A stretch of DNA of 64,000 bases. It comes from Dyella sp. Lineage in GTDB: Bacteria; Pseudomonadota; Gammaproteobacteria; Xanthomonadales; Rhodanobacteraceae. Location of the stretch: positions 1-64,000 of the forward strand of contig NZ_DASSAB010000049.1 in assembly GCF_035685805.1 (NCBI RefSeq), in the 5' to 3' direction. Below are positions 21,017 to 30,368 of the stretch, piece by piece (within the stretch, counting starts at the first letter, position 1; the number at the start of each line of letters is the position of its first letter). Position numbers and translations under genes: made by a program. The notes under the pieces are model-generated. The model saw only the letters and a list, made by a program, of their open reading frames with translations, was not told the DNA's origin and made no database searches.

Positions 21017-22975
21017 ATGTCACTTCCTCTTGTCCTCCCGTTTGCGATCGGGCTCGGCGTCCTGCTGCTGCTCGCGCTCGGCGTGTTCGGCCTCTTCAAG
21101 GCGTTCTACCGCAAGGTCGACCAGGGCACTGCGCTGATCGTCAACGACCTGAGCTCGCAGCCCAAGGTGCACTTCACCGGGGCGTTGATCATTCCGGTCT
21201 TGTACAAGGCCGAGGAAATGCAGATCAGCCTGATCACCCTGCAGGTGGATCGCCGCGGCAAGGAAGGCCTGATCTGCCGCGACAACATGCGTGCGGACAT
21301 CGCGGTGGCGTTCTATCTGCGGGTGAACGAAACCGCGGCCGACGTGCTGCGCGTGGCCAAGGCGGTGGGCGCGGCACGCGCCTCGGACCGCAATGCGGTG
21401 GAAGAACTGTTCAACGCCAAGTTCTCCGAGGGCCTGAAGACGGTCGGCAAGCGCTTTGAATTCATCGAACTGTTCGAGAAGCGCCAGGAATTCCGCGATG
21501 CGATCGTGGACGTGATCGGCAAGGATCTCAACGGCTACGTCCTCGAGGACGTGGCCATCGACTACCTGGAGCAGACGCGCAAGGCGGACCTGGATCCGAG
21601 CAACATCATGGACGCGGAAGGTATTCGCAAGATTACCGAGCTCACCGCGATGCAGAACGTGCGCACCAACGAGCTGGAGCAGAACGAGCGGCTCTCGATC
21701 ACAAAGAAGAACACCGAAACGCGCGAAAACATGCTGCAGATGGAGCGCCAGCAGGCCGAAGCGGTGGCCAAGCAGAAGCGCGAGGTCGCCACGGTGGAAG
21801 CGCGCGAGGAGGCCGAGACCGCCAAGGTTCGTGAAGAGGCGCGGCTGGTGGCGGAACGTGCGCGGCTGGAGTCCGACGAGCAGATCAAGATCCGCGAGCA
21901 GGAACAGCTGCGCCAGGTCGAAGTGGCCGAGCAGAACCGCCGGCGCGCGGTGACCATCGAGGTCGAGCGCGTTGCACGTGCGGGCCAGCTGGAGCAGGTC
22001 ACCACCGATAAGGAAGTGCAGCTGCAGGGCGTCGAGCGCGACAAGGTGGTCGAGCAGGGTCGCATGGACGTGGCCAACGTGGTGCGCGAGCGCACCCAGA
22101 TCGAACAGACGGTCGCCGTGGCCGAGGAGAAGATCAAGGAGACCCGCCAGGTGGCCGAGGCCGATCGTGCCAAGCAGGTGGCGATCCTGGCGGCGGAGGC
22201 GCAGGCGCAGGAAAAGCTGGTGATGGACGTGAAGTCGGCCGAGGCAGCGGAGCAGGCGGCGCGCCACCGCGCGAACGAGCTGACGGTGCGCTCCGAGGCC
22301 GAGCTGGTGGCGGCAGGCAAGCAGTCCGAGGCCAAGAAGATCATCGCCGAGGGCACCCGCGCAGAGCGGGCCGCACCCGGCCTGGCCGATGCGCAAGTCA
22401 AGGAGGCCATGGCCGGCGCGATCGAGAAGACCGGCGTGGCCGAAGCGCGCGTGATCGAGTCCAAGGCGGACGCCAACTACAAGCAGGGCAACGCCGAGGC
22501 CCGGGTGCTGGCCGAGCGCCTTGAAGCCGAGGCCGGCGGTCAGGCCAAGATGGGCCAGGCCAGGGCCGATGCCACCATGGCGATGGGCGTGGCCGAAGCC
22601 GATGCCGTGGGTCGCAAGATGTCGGCCGAGTCCGAGGGCCTCACGTCGAAGTTCGAGGCGATGGGCAGGATGAGCCCGGAAGCGCGCTCGCACGAGGAGT
22701 TCCGCATGCAGCTGGAGACGACCCTGCGGCAGGTGCTGGCGACGCTGGAAGCGGGCAAGGAGGTGTCCCGCGAAAGTGCCGGCGTCATCGGCCAGGCACT
22801 CCAGGGCGCGAACATCGAGCTGATCGGTGGCGACGGCGGCGTGTTCGATGCGTTGACCAAGGGCATGTCGATCGGCAAGGCGATCGAGGGCATCACCGGA
22901 TCCAGCCCCGCGATGCAGCAGCTGCTGAGCAAGCTGACCGGTGCGCCCGCGTCGGATCTGTCGGCCGAGGCGTGA
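21017..22975 (+). CDS. Flotillin-like SPFH/band-7 protein (YqiK/FloT-like) with long Glu/Ala/Arg/Gln-rich coiled-coil C-terminal region
   Basis: Strong AAGGAG RBS 7 nt upstream; N-terminal TM helix then SPFH domain (ALIVNDLSSQPKVHFTGALIIPVLYKAEEMQISLITLQVDRRG...CRDNMRADIAVAFYLRV); 652 aa. Confidence 0.85.
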   Translation: MSLPLVLPFAIGLGVLLLLALGVFGLFKAFYRKVDQGTALIVNDLSSQPKVHFTGALIIPVLYKAEEMQISLITLQVDRRGKEGLICRDNMRADIAVAFYLRVNETAADVLRVAKAVGAARASDRNAVEELFNAKFSEGLKTVGKRFEFIELFEKRQEFRDAIVDVIGKDLNGYVLEDVAIDYLEQTRKADLDPSNIMDAEGIRKITELTAMQNVRTNELEQNERLSITKKNTETRENMLQMERQQAEAVAKQKREVATVEAREEAETAKVREEARLVAERARLESDEQIKIREQEQLRQVEVAEQNRRRAVTIEVERVARAGQLEQVTTDKEVQLQGVERDKVVEQGRMDVANVVRERTQIEQTVAVAEEKIKETRQVAEADRAKQVAILAAEAQAQEKLVMDVKSAEAAEQAARHRANELTVRSEAELVAAGKQSEAKKIIAEGTRAERAAPGLADAQVKEAMAGAIEKTGVAEARVIESKADANYKQGNAEARVLAERLEAEAGGQAKMGQARADATMAMGVAEADAVGRKMSAESEGLTSKFEAMGRMSPEARSHEEFRMQLETTLRQVLATLEAGKEVSRESAGVIGQALQGANIELIGGDGGVFDALTKGMSIGKAIEGITGSSPAMQQLLSKLTGAPASDLSAEA

Positions 22976-23038
22976 GGTAGTGAGCCTGTCCACGCGACGT
23001 GCGCGCTCGCGCTTTCGCCTTCCAAGGACTGAACGAGC

Positions 23039-26000
23039 ATGACTGATCCGATCAACCGCGACGCCACCGACTCGCTGGACCAGGCGGTGGCGCAGGGCGG
23101 CGCCTACGAGGTGCTGCGCAAGCGCCTGACCGTGCAGGGGCGACGCCTGCACGAGACCGCCGAGGCGCTCAATGCCAGGCGTTTGCAGGAATTCGGCGAT
23201 TCCAGGATGGAGATCGTCGGCCGTCTGCGCGTGCGCAGCGAACAGAATGCGGTCGGTCGCGACATCGTGCAGGTCGGTGAGCTGCTGCTGTTCGGCTACA
23301 ACGTGTTTCTCGGCCTGAAGGCCAGCACCGCTGTCGCCGACGTGTTCAGCCTGTATCGCCTGGTGAAAACGGCCGAAGGTTATGACGTGACGCCGGTGGA
23401 GATCGCCGGCAGCTTCCTCGCCGAGCCGCAGTTCCAGCGCGACTTCAACGAGCTGTACGAGTACTACAAGGAAGCGCGCCTGCTGCAGCTGCAGATCAAG
23501 GAAGGCAAGCTGCTGGCCGCTTTTCAGGTGGGACTGAAATCGACCGACGCGCGCGTGTTCCGCTGGCAACTGTCGGCGCAGGGCGAGGTGAACTACATCG
23601 ACAGTCGCGGCGAGCGCGACATCGCGATGCCGCCGGCCTTCGATTTCGAGTGGGTCCGGGCAACCAAGGACATGGAAGTGAGCGGGCGCTTTCCGCACCT
23701 GAACATCCTGGACACCTTGTTCGTCGAGACCATCGGCGGCGACCTCACCATCAAGGTCGAGAACAACACCGAAACCGGTCAGGGCGTCTACAGCGAGCCG
23801 GTGGAGGATCGCACCCAGTCGCTGGACGACGCACAGGTGGCATTCGCACGCGTCGGTTCACTGATTCTGCTCAAGGTGCTGCCTTATCGCGAGGCGCAAT
23901 GGCGTGGGCTGGTGTTCAACACCACGACCGGCAAGGTCTCGCGAGTCGACGCGATCGTGCAGGCCTGCATCCAGTTGCCGGAAGACCACGGCATCATTTT
24001 TCCCGGCGGGTATTACCTGCAGAACGGTGAACACAAGGCGTTCGATGCCGCGGTTGCCGGCATGCAGTACAAGCGCACCATTCGTTCGCCCAACGGCGAA
24101 GACGTGCTCTATGTCTTCTATGAGCCGCAGGGCGGCATGGCTGCGCTGCTGGTCTACAACCTGGTTCAGCGCCAGCTGCAGCCGCCGATACTGGCGCACG
24201 GCCATGCGCAGTTGGCCGATGGCCGGATGGTGCTGTTCCACGCCGGCAACGATGAGCCCACCCGGGTGCACCAGATGCAGGTGTGGCAGACGCCGTTCAC
24301 GAGCGACGAGTTCGCGGCACAGCGTCCCCCCAGCGGCACCTTCATGGGGCGGATCGGCAACGCCGAATGGGTGCGGGCGATTTCCAATGTCTATGACCTG
24401 GCCCGCGACATCGCGAGCGAGGACGTCAATGCCCGGCGCTACGAACTGCTCGCCCACAACACCCGTCGCCTGTTCGACCTTCATCACTGGATTGACGACG
24501 AGCACGTCGACGGGCTGGCCAGCCTGCTCCACGAGGTGGCCGCGACCAGTGAATCGGTGCTGGACGAGTTCCAGAAGGTGGTGGAGATCCGGCGCCAGTC
24601 CGATCAGGCGATGGAGCAGGCCAGGGCACAGCATCGCGCGCTGCTTGGCCGCCTGCAGCCGGACGGGTGGACCCGGGTCGAGGACTATGTCACCGGCCTG
24701 AAAGAGATCGCTGCCCTGCGCGGGCATCTGTTGACGATCCGCGACTACCGATACATCGACACCGCTGCCCTCGACGCGATGTCGGACGAGCTGACGCAGG
24801 CACATGAGCGCGTCGGCGCCGCCACCGGCAGGTTCCTCTCCAGCGCCACGGTGTTTGCACCGTTCGAAAAGCGTGTCGACGAACTCGATCAGCTGGCCCA
24901 GAAAGTTGCCACGGCGACCCAACTGGTCGAATGTCTCGAACAGATGCGGACGATGTCCGCTGACATGGACATGCTGTCGGAGTTGCTGGCGTCGTTGAAG
25001 GTAGACGACCCGGCCCAGCGCACACAGGTGGTCGACCGGCTGTCGGCGCTTTACGCGCGGCTCAACCAGGCCAGGGCGCGTGCGGAGCTGCGTCGCAAGT
25101 CGCTCGGATCGGCCGAAGCGATAGCGCAGTTCGGCGCCCAGTTCACGCTCTTCGGCCAGTCCGTCACCAGCGCGCTGGGCATGGCCGGCACGCCCGAAAA
25201 GGCCGACGAACAGCTGGCACGGTTGATGGTGCAACTGGAGGAGATCGAGAGCCAGTTCGGTGAGCACGAGCAGTTTCTGGGCGACATCCTCGACAAGCGC
25301 GAGGAGTTGCTTGAGGCGTTCCAGAGCCACAAGCAGGTGCTGCTCGACGAGCGCCAGCGCAAGGCGGCCTCGGTGATGGATGCAGCGCAGCGCATCCTTG
25401 AGGGGCTTGGCAGGCGCACCGAACGCTTCGACAGCGCGGATGCGCTCAATGCGTTCTTCGCCAGCGATCCGCTGATCCAGAAACTGCGCGAATTGGTGTT
25501 GCGCCTGCGCGAGCTGAAAGACTCGGTGAAGGCGGATGATGTCGAGGCGCGGATCAAGGCCGCCCGCGACCAGGCGGTCCGCGCCCTGCGCGACCGCAGC
25601 GACCTGTTCGAGGACGGCGGGAACGTCATCAGGCTGGGGCCGCGGCACCGCTTCAGCGTCAATACCCAGCCGCTCGACCTCACCTTGCTGCCAAGGGGCG
25701 ACACGCTGGCTGTGCACCTCACCGGCACGGATTTCATGGAGCCGATCGAAAACCCGGAGCTGGCGGCGCTCGAGCCGTTCTGGTCCGTCTCGCTCGAATC
25801 GGAGTCGCCGGAGCTCTACCGGGGCGAGTACCTCGCCGGGCAGATGCTGGACGCCGCCGTCGCATCACGTGACGGCCTAACTCTGGCGCGCCTGCAGCAG
25901 CTGGCACAGGATCCCGATGCCCTGGCGAAGGCAGTGCGCGAGCATGCGGCGCCGCGCTACCGCGACGGCTACGAGAAGGGCATCCACGACCACGACGCAA

Positions 26001-28279
26001 CGCTGATTCTGAAGGCCCTGCTGCACCTGCATCGCACCGCCGGCACGCTGGTGCAACCACCGGCCGCGCGAGCGCTTGCTTTCAGCTTCTGGGCACGCTC
26101 CAAGGCGTCCAGCGACGAGTGGACGGCGCGCATCCGGACGGCACGCGCCATCGATGCGCTCAGCACCGGCGCCGCCGCACTGGCGGGACTGCACGACGAG
26201 CTGGCCGAGGCCATCCGCAGCGATGCCTGTTCGGAGCCGTGCGCCATCCCGCAGATCAATGCGCGGGCCGCCGATGCGGCCGTCTACCTTATCGACAGCA
26301 TTACCGGGGCAACCCCCGAGTTCGTGGCCAGCGCCAGCGCCGATGCGCTGGACAAGGCGCTGCGCGAAGCCCTGCGCGGCAGTGATGCCGGTGCGGTGTT
26401 CGAGGCAACCCTGGCGCAACACGAGCAGCGACCGCCGGTGCGATGGCTGCTGGTGCAGCAGGCGATCTCGGCGATCGCGGCACGGCCGGAGCTGGCCCGG
26501 CATGCACGCTTCGCCGCCGAGGCCGCTGCGCTCTACCTGCATGGGCGTGCGCTAAAGGTCACGGTGCGCAACGCGGACATGTCGGCGACAGTGACCGGCC
26601 TGCTGGGCCAGCACCCACGCATCGACGGCGGGCGGCTGGAGCTCTCGATCGATGACTCACTCGCGCGCTTTCGGCGACACCTGACCGAGTTCGTGCCGGG
26701 ATTCCAGCGCTACCTCGCGCTGCGCGCCGAAGTGGTCCAGCAGGAACGGCAGGCCATGCGGCTGTCCTCGTTTAAGGCCAGGCCGTTGACCTCGTTCGTG
26801 CGCAACCGACTGATCAACGAGGTTTATCTGCCGATGATCGGCGACAACTTCGCCAAGCAGATGGGCACCGCCGGCGAGGGAAAACGCAGCGACCTGATGG
26901 GTCTGCTGATGATGATTTCCCCACCCGGATACGGCAAGACCACGCTCATGGAGTACGTGGCACACCGGCTGGGCCTGGTCTTCATGAAGATCAACGGCCC
27001 TGCGCTGGGCCACGAGGTTCGTTCACTGGACCCGGCTCGCGCTCCCGACGCCAACGCCCGCGAGGAGCTGGAGAAACTGAACCTTGCGCTGGAAATGGGC
27101 AGCAACGTGATGCTCTACGTCGATGACATCCAGCACACGAGCGCGGAGTTTCTGCAGAAGTTCATCTCGCTGTGCGACGGCACGCGGCGCATGGAGGGTG
27201 TGTGGCGAGGCCAGACGCGCAGCTACGACATGCGCGGCAAGAAGTTCGCAGTGGTGATGGCAGGCAACCCCTATACGGAGTCGGGCGAGGTCTTCCGGAT
27301 TCCGGACATGCTGGCCAACCGCGCCGACATCTACAACCTCGGCGACGTGCTGGGCGGGATGGAAGAATCGTTCCTGCTCAGTTACATCGAGAACAGCCTG
27401 ACGTCGAACCCGGTGCTGGCGCCCATGGCCACCCGCGACATGGACGACCTCTACCTGCTGATGGACAAGGCGAGCGGCAAGGAGGTGTCGAACAACGCGC
27501 TGAAGCATGGCTACAGCGGCGCCGAGATCAACGAGATCGTGGCGGTGCTGCAGCGCCTGATGAAGGTGCGCGACATCGTCTACCGGGTCAACAAGGCGTA
27601 TATCGAGAGTGCTTCGCAGGCCGACAAGTACCGCGTCGAGCCTGCCTTCAAGCTGCAGGGCAGCTACCGCAACATGAACAAGCTGGCGGAGAAGATCTCG
27701 CCCGTGATGAACGACCCGGAGCTGCAGCAGATCGTGTCCGACCACTATCTGGGTGAGTCGCAGCTGTTGACGAGCGGAGCGGAGGAAAACCTGCTCAAGC
27801 TGGCCGAGATCCGCGGCATCATGAGTAGCGCGCAGCAGGCGCGCTGGGCGCAGATCAAGGTGGATTTCATGCGCAACAAGGCGATGGGCGGCGAGGAGGC
27901 TGACGTCGGCGGACGCATGGTGGCGCAGCTGGCCGACATCGCGGGCAATCTGCAGGCGCTCAAGCCGGCGGCAGCAGCGCCTGGCGCATCGGTGGACCCC
28001 GGCGCGGAAACGCTGCAGACGTCGATGTTCGACATCCTGCGCGCCACCCTGGCGCGGCAGAACATGCTCAACGAAGCGCTGATCGAACTGTCGGACCGGC
28101 TCGAGCAGGACACGGACGCGCCCGAAGCGGCCGTGGACAGTGGCAAGCGCAGGGCAAAGGCCAGGGAGGCGAGGGAGGTCGCGTTCGGTACCGAACTGGC
28201 GCGGTTGCGATTCCTGAGCGAACAGGCGCAGGCAGAGGCGTCGAAACCGGGTCAATCCGGCGAAGGGTCGCTCCCTTGA
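23039..28279 (+). CDS. Giant 1746-aa uncharacterised protein with a single MoxR/AAA_5-type (dynein-related) AAA+ ATPase module near aa ~1285-1440, flanked by long alpha-helical regions
   Basis: Uninterrupted ORF, 63 nt after the flotillin gene, with an AGGA RBS. Walker A MISPPGYGKTTLMEY (nt ~26925), Walker B VMLYVDDIQH (nt ~27122), and sensor-1/arginine region FAVVMAGNPYTESGEVFRIPDMLANRADIY matching the MoxR pattern NPxxExGxxxLPxAxLDRF. The N-terminal ~430 aa and the C-terminal ~300 aa have no family I can name. Confidence 0.75.
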   Translation: MTDPINRDATDSLDQAVAQGGAYEVLRKRLTVQGRRLHETAEALNARRLQEFGDSRMEIVGRLRVRSEQNAVGRDIVQVGELLLFGYNVFLGLKASTAVADVFSLYRLVKTAEGYDVTPVEIAGSFLAEPQFQRDFNELYEYYKEARLLQLQIKEGKLLAAFQVGLKSTDARVFRWQLSAQGEVNYIDSRGERDIAMPPAFDFEWVRATKDMEVSGRFPHLNILDTLFVETIGGDLTIKVENNTETGQGVYSEPVEDRTQSLDDAQVAFARVGSLILLKVLPYREAQWRGLVFNTTTGKVSRVDAIVQACIQLPEDHGIIFPGGYYLQNGEHKAFDAAVAGMQYKRTIRSPNGEDVLYVFYEPQGGMAALLVYNLVQRQLQPPILAHGHAQLADGRMVLFHAGNDEPTRVHQMQVWQTPFTSDEFAAQRPPSGTFMGRIGNAEWVRAISNVYDLARDIASEDVNARRYELLAHNTRRLFDLHHWIDDEHVDGLASLLHEVAATSESVLDEFQKVVEIRRQSDQAMEQARAQHRALLGRLQPDGWTRVEDYVTGLKEIAALRGHLLTIRDYRYIDTAALDAMSDELTQAHERVGAATGRFLSSATVFAPFEKRVDELDQLAQKVATATQLVECLEQMRTMSADMDMLSELLASLKVDDPAQRTQVVDRLSALYARLNQARARAELRRKSLGSAEAIAQFGAQFTLFGQSVTSALGMAGTPEKADEQLARLMVQLEEIESQFGEHEQFLGDILDKREELLEAFQSHKQVLLDERQRKAASVMDAAQRILEGLGRRTERFDSADALNAFFASDPLIQKLRELVLRLRELKDSVKADDVEARIKAARDQAVRALRDRSDLFEDGGNVIRLGPRHRFSVNTQPLDLTLLPRGDTLAVHLTGTDFMEPIENPELAALEPFWSVSLESESPELYRGEYLAGQMLDAAVASRDGLTLARLQQLAQDPDALAKAVREHAAPRYRDGYEKGIHDHDATLILKALLHLHRTAGTLVQPPAARALAFSFWARSKASSDEWTARIRTARAIDALSTGAAALAGLHDELAEAIRSDACSEPCAIPQINARAADAAVYLIDSITGATPEFVASASADALDKALREALRGSDAGAVFEATLAQHEQRPPVRWLLVQQAISAIAARPELARHARFAAEAAALYLHGRALKVTVRNADMSATVTGLLGQHPRIDGGRLELSIDDSLARFRRHLTEFVPGFQRYLALRAEVVQQERQAMRLSSFKARPLTSFVRNRLINEVYLPMIGDNFAKQMGTAGEGKRSDLMGLLMMISPPGYGKTTLMEYVAHRLGLVFMKINGPALGHEVRSLDPARAPDANAREELEKLNLALEMGSNVMLYVDDIQHTSAEFLQKFISLCDGTRRMEGVWRGQTRSYDMRGKKFAVVMAGNPYTESGEVFRIPDMLANRADIYNLGDVLGGMEESFLLSYIENSLTSNPVLAPMATRDMDDLYLLMDKASGKEVSNNALKHGYSGAEINEIVAVLQRLMKVRDIVYRVNKAYIESASQADKYRVEPAFKLQGSYRNMNKLAEKISPVMNDPELQQIVSDHYLGESQLLTSGAEENLLKLAEIRGIMSSAQQARWAQIKVDFMRNKAMGGEEADVGGRMVAQLADIAGNLQALKPAAAAPGASVDPGAETLQTSMFDILRATLARQNMLNEALIELSDRLEQDTDAPEAAVDSGKRRAKAREAREVAFGTELARLRFLSEQAQAEASKPGQSGEGSLP

Positions 28280-30126
28280 TCACGGGCCCGGCACCGGCAT
28301 CGGGGACCGGCGGCCCGGGAAACATCCCGGCGGATGACGGTGAACAACACCGTCGGCTGCAGCAGCAGGCTCGTGCCACGCTGGCGGCGTCGCCGGCACC
28401 GGGCCTGCTCGAGCACCTGCAGGCGATCCACCGGATCGTGCTGGCGGCGGAACCTGCCGCGCTGCGACGCAGCGTCGGGTGGCTGGGTCGTCTGCTGGGC
28501 CGAGATATCACGCTGCAGGTCGAGGCCAACGCCCTGCGCAGCGAGCTCGGGGTGCATGTATTGCAGGCCCGCCAGCAGCTAGGCCGGCTGGCCGAACATG
28601 ATCAACAACTGGAGGCCCTCGGCGTTGCGCTGCGCGCCGCGATCGAGGAACTCGATCGGCAGTCCAGCCGGCTTGTCGGCCAGCCTCCGACTGACGAGCA
28701 ACAGCGGGGGCTGCACCATCTGGCCACGCTGAGCACCAGCCTGAGCACGACCGCGAGCCACCTCGGACTGATGGTCATTCACCACCGGCAGCTGACCCAG
28801 CGGGCGCGGCGGATATTGCCCCACGTCGAAATGCTGCTCGACCAGCAGCGCATGCTCCGCGCCGGGCTGAGCGCGCAGGCGGCGCTTCAGGCAGCCATGG
28901 TTCGCTCGATTCCGTGCAGGACCTTGCATCGGATGCGCCGAGCGGAGCTCCACCGATTTCATTCTCTCCCGACGATTCCACGCCCCGATGAGGACGCTCC
29001 CATGACCGACCCCACCCCGAACGACCACCCGGCACCGATATCGCCGGCGCTAAGCGACGCAGCGCTCCGGGACCTGGGCCTCTCCACTGCGGACATCGAG
29101 CAGGTGATGGAGGCGGCCAGGGCACTGCAGGATCTCAGTCCCGGCAACCTTCACAGCTATGGTCGGGAGGCGGCCGGACGCACCACCACGTTCAGCACGC
29201 AGTTGCTGGAGAAGGTTCGCAATGCCGATCTCGACAGCAGCGGCGAAAAGCTGGGCGAGGTGGTGCGGATTGCCCGCAGCCTCAAGCTCGCAGGCCTGAA
29301 CGAGCGATCGAGCGTACCGATCATCGGTCCGTTGCTGGATCGCATGAAGGCCGGGAAAGGGGAGTTGGTGCAGCGCTACAGCACCACCAACCAGCAGATC
29401 GATCAGTTGATGATCGATGTCGGCAACACGCAGTCCACGCAGCAGCAGCGCGTGCGCGAGTACGACCAGATGCACGAGATCGTGCGCGAAGAGCGCCACC
29501 AGCTCGGCATCCACATTGCCGCCGGGCGGGTGCGCATCGGCGAGCTGCAGCAGGAGCTGGAGGCGCTGCGCGGTCAGGATGATCCGGACTCCCGCGTGCG
29601 CCGGGCGGAACTGGACAACGCGCTGCGCCTCATCGACAAGCGGGTATCGGACCTGCAGGTACTGCAGCAGGTGGCGGAACAGACCCTGCCGATGATCCGG
29701 CTGATCCAGGCGAATGCGATCCAGCTGATCGAGAAGTTCAGCGCGGTTCGGGACGTGACCATACCCATGTGGCGCAACCAGTTCGCGATCCAGTTGTCGC
29801 TGGCCGACCAGCGCAGCGCGGTGGAGCTGGCCAACGCCATCGACGACGCCAGCAACGAGCTGATGCGCAAGAACGCCGAGATGGTGCACGCGGCCACCGT
29901 GGGCGCGGCGCGTGCCAACCAGCGATCGATCGTCGACCTGGAGACGTTGCGCACCGTCAATGAGACGCTGATCAGCACGGTCGAGGAAGTGCGGCAGATC
30001 CACCGCGACGGCATGGCCGCTCGCCGGAACCTCGCCGCGGAAATCGTGGCCATGCGCGATGATCTGCAGAAGCGGCTCGCCCAGGCCACCAGTGATCAAA
30101 CCGATGTTCAGGAGACAGGTTCATGA
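28276..30126 (+). CDS. TelA-like (toxic anion resistance / KlaB family) protein; 616-aa ORF whose C-terminal ~374 aa (from internal ATG 29002) carry the TelA signature
   Basis: TTG start overlaps the giant gene's stop (TTGA). The C-terminal region has TelA-like blocks (TIPMWRNQFAIQLSL..., NELMRKNAEM, IVDLETLRTVNETLISTVEEVRQI). The N-terminal 242 aa are Arg/Gln/Leu-rich helical and could be an extension or a separate product. Confidence 0.6.
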   Translation: MITGPAPASGTGGPGNIPADDGEQHRRLQQQARATLAASPAPGLLEHLQAIHRIVLAAEPAALRRSVGWLGRLLGRDITLQVEANALRSELGVHVLQARQQLGRLAEHDQQLEALGVALRAAIEELDRQSSRLVGQPPTDEQQRGLHHLATLSTSLSTTASHLGLMVIHHRQLTQRARRILPHVEMLLDQQRMLRAGLSAQAALQAAMVRSIPCRTLHRMRRAELHRFHSLPTIPRPDEDAPMTDPTPNDHPAPISPALSDAALRDLGLSTADIEQVMEAARALQDLSPGNLHSYGREAAGRTTTFSTQLLEKVRNADLDSSGEKLGEVVRIARSLKLAGLNERSSVPIIGPLLDRMKAGKGELVQRYSTTNQQIDQLMIDVGNTQSTQQQRVREYDQMHEIVREERHQLGIHIAAGRVRIGELQQELEALRGQDDPDSRVRRAELDNALRLIDKRVSDLQVLQQVAEQTLPMIRLIQANAIQLIEKFSAVRDVTIPMWRNQFAIQLSLADQRSAVELANAIDDASNELMRKNAEMVHAATVGAARANQRSIVDLETLRTVNETLISTVEEVRQIHRDGMAARRNLAAEIVAMRDDLQKRLAQATSDQTDVQETGS

Positions 30127-30368
30127 AGGAACAACACAGCCACCTCGAGATCGCCATCGCCTCGATCAAATGCTTTCAGGATGACGGCCGGCTGGATCCG
30201 GCGGAACTCGATCAACTTGTTTCGATCGCCGAGCGCGATGGGTCGATCGACCCTGAGGAGGCGCGCGTGCTGGAGAGGATCATGGGCAAGCTCAGGCCCG
30301 AGGAGCTGGATGAGGCCATGCTTACGCGGGTCGAGGCGCTCCGGGCAAAGCTTCTGCCGCTGCTCTAG
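30123..30368 (+). CDS. TerB-like mini-protein (81 aa)
   Basis: ATG overlaps the TelA-like stop (ATGA). Duplicated DG(R/S)(L/I)DP.E...L..I motif (DDGRLDPAELDQLVSIAERDGSIDPEEARVLERIMG) typical of the TerB/DjlA-N superfamily. Confidence 0.5.
   Translation: MKEQHSHLEIAIASIKCFQDDGRLDPAELDQLVSIAERDGSIDPEEARVLERIMGKLRPEELDEAMLTRVEALRAKLLPLL

Noticed and set aside
21020-23698. 892-aa minus-strand ORF opposite the flotillin gene
   Set aside because: Mirror image of the Glu/Ala/Arg/Gln-rich coiled-coil coding region (Leu/Arg-rich nonsense). The plus-strand gene has a clear SPFH domain and a strong RBS.
23858-28255. Several long minus-strand ORFs (23858-25717, 25051-25737, 27023-28255) opposite the giant gene
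   Set aside because: They tile the antisense of one uninterrupted plus-strand ORF that carries bona fide AAA+ motifs, and have no start or RBS context or domain signal.
28276-29001. Treating the first 242 codons of the TelA-like ORF as certainly a separate gene
   Set aside because: No stop codon separates it from the TelA core and the TTGA coupling to the giant gene is neat. I therefore call one CDS and flag the uncertainty as a finding.
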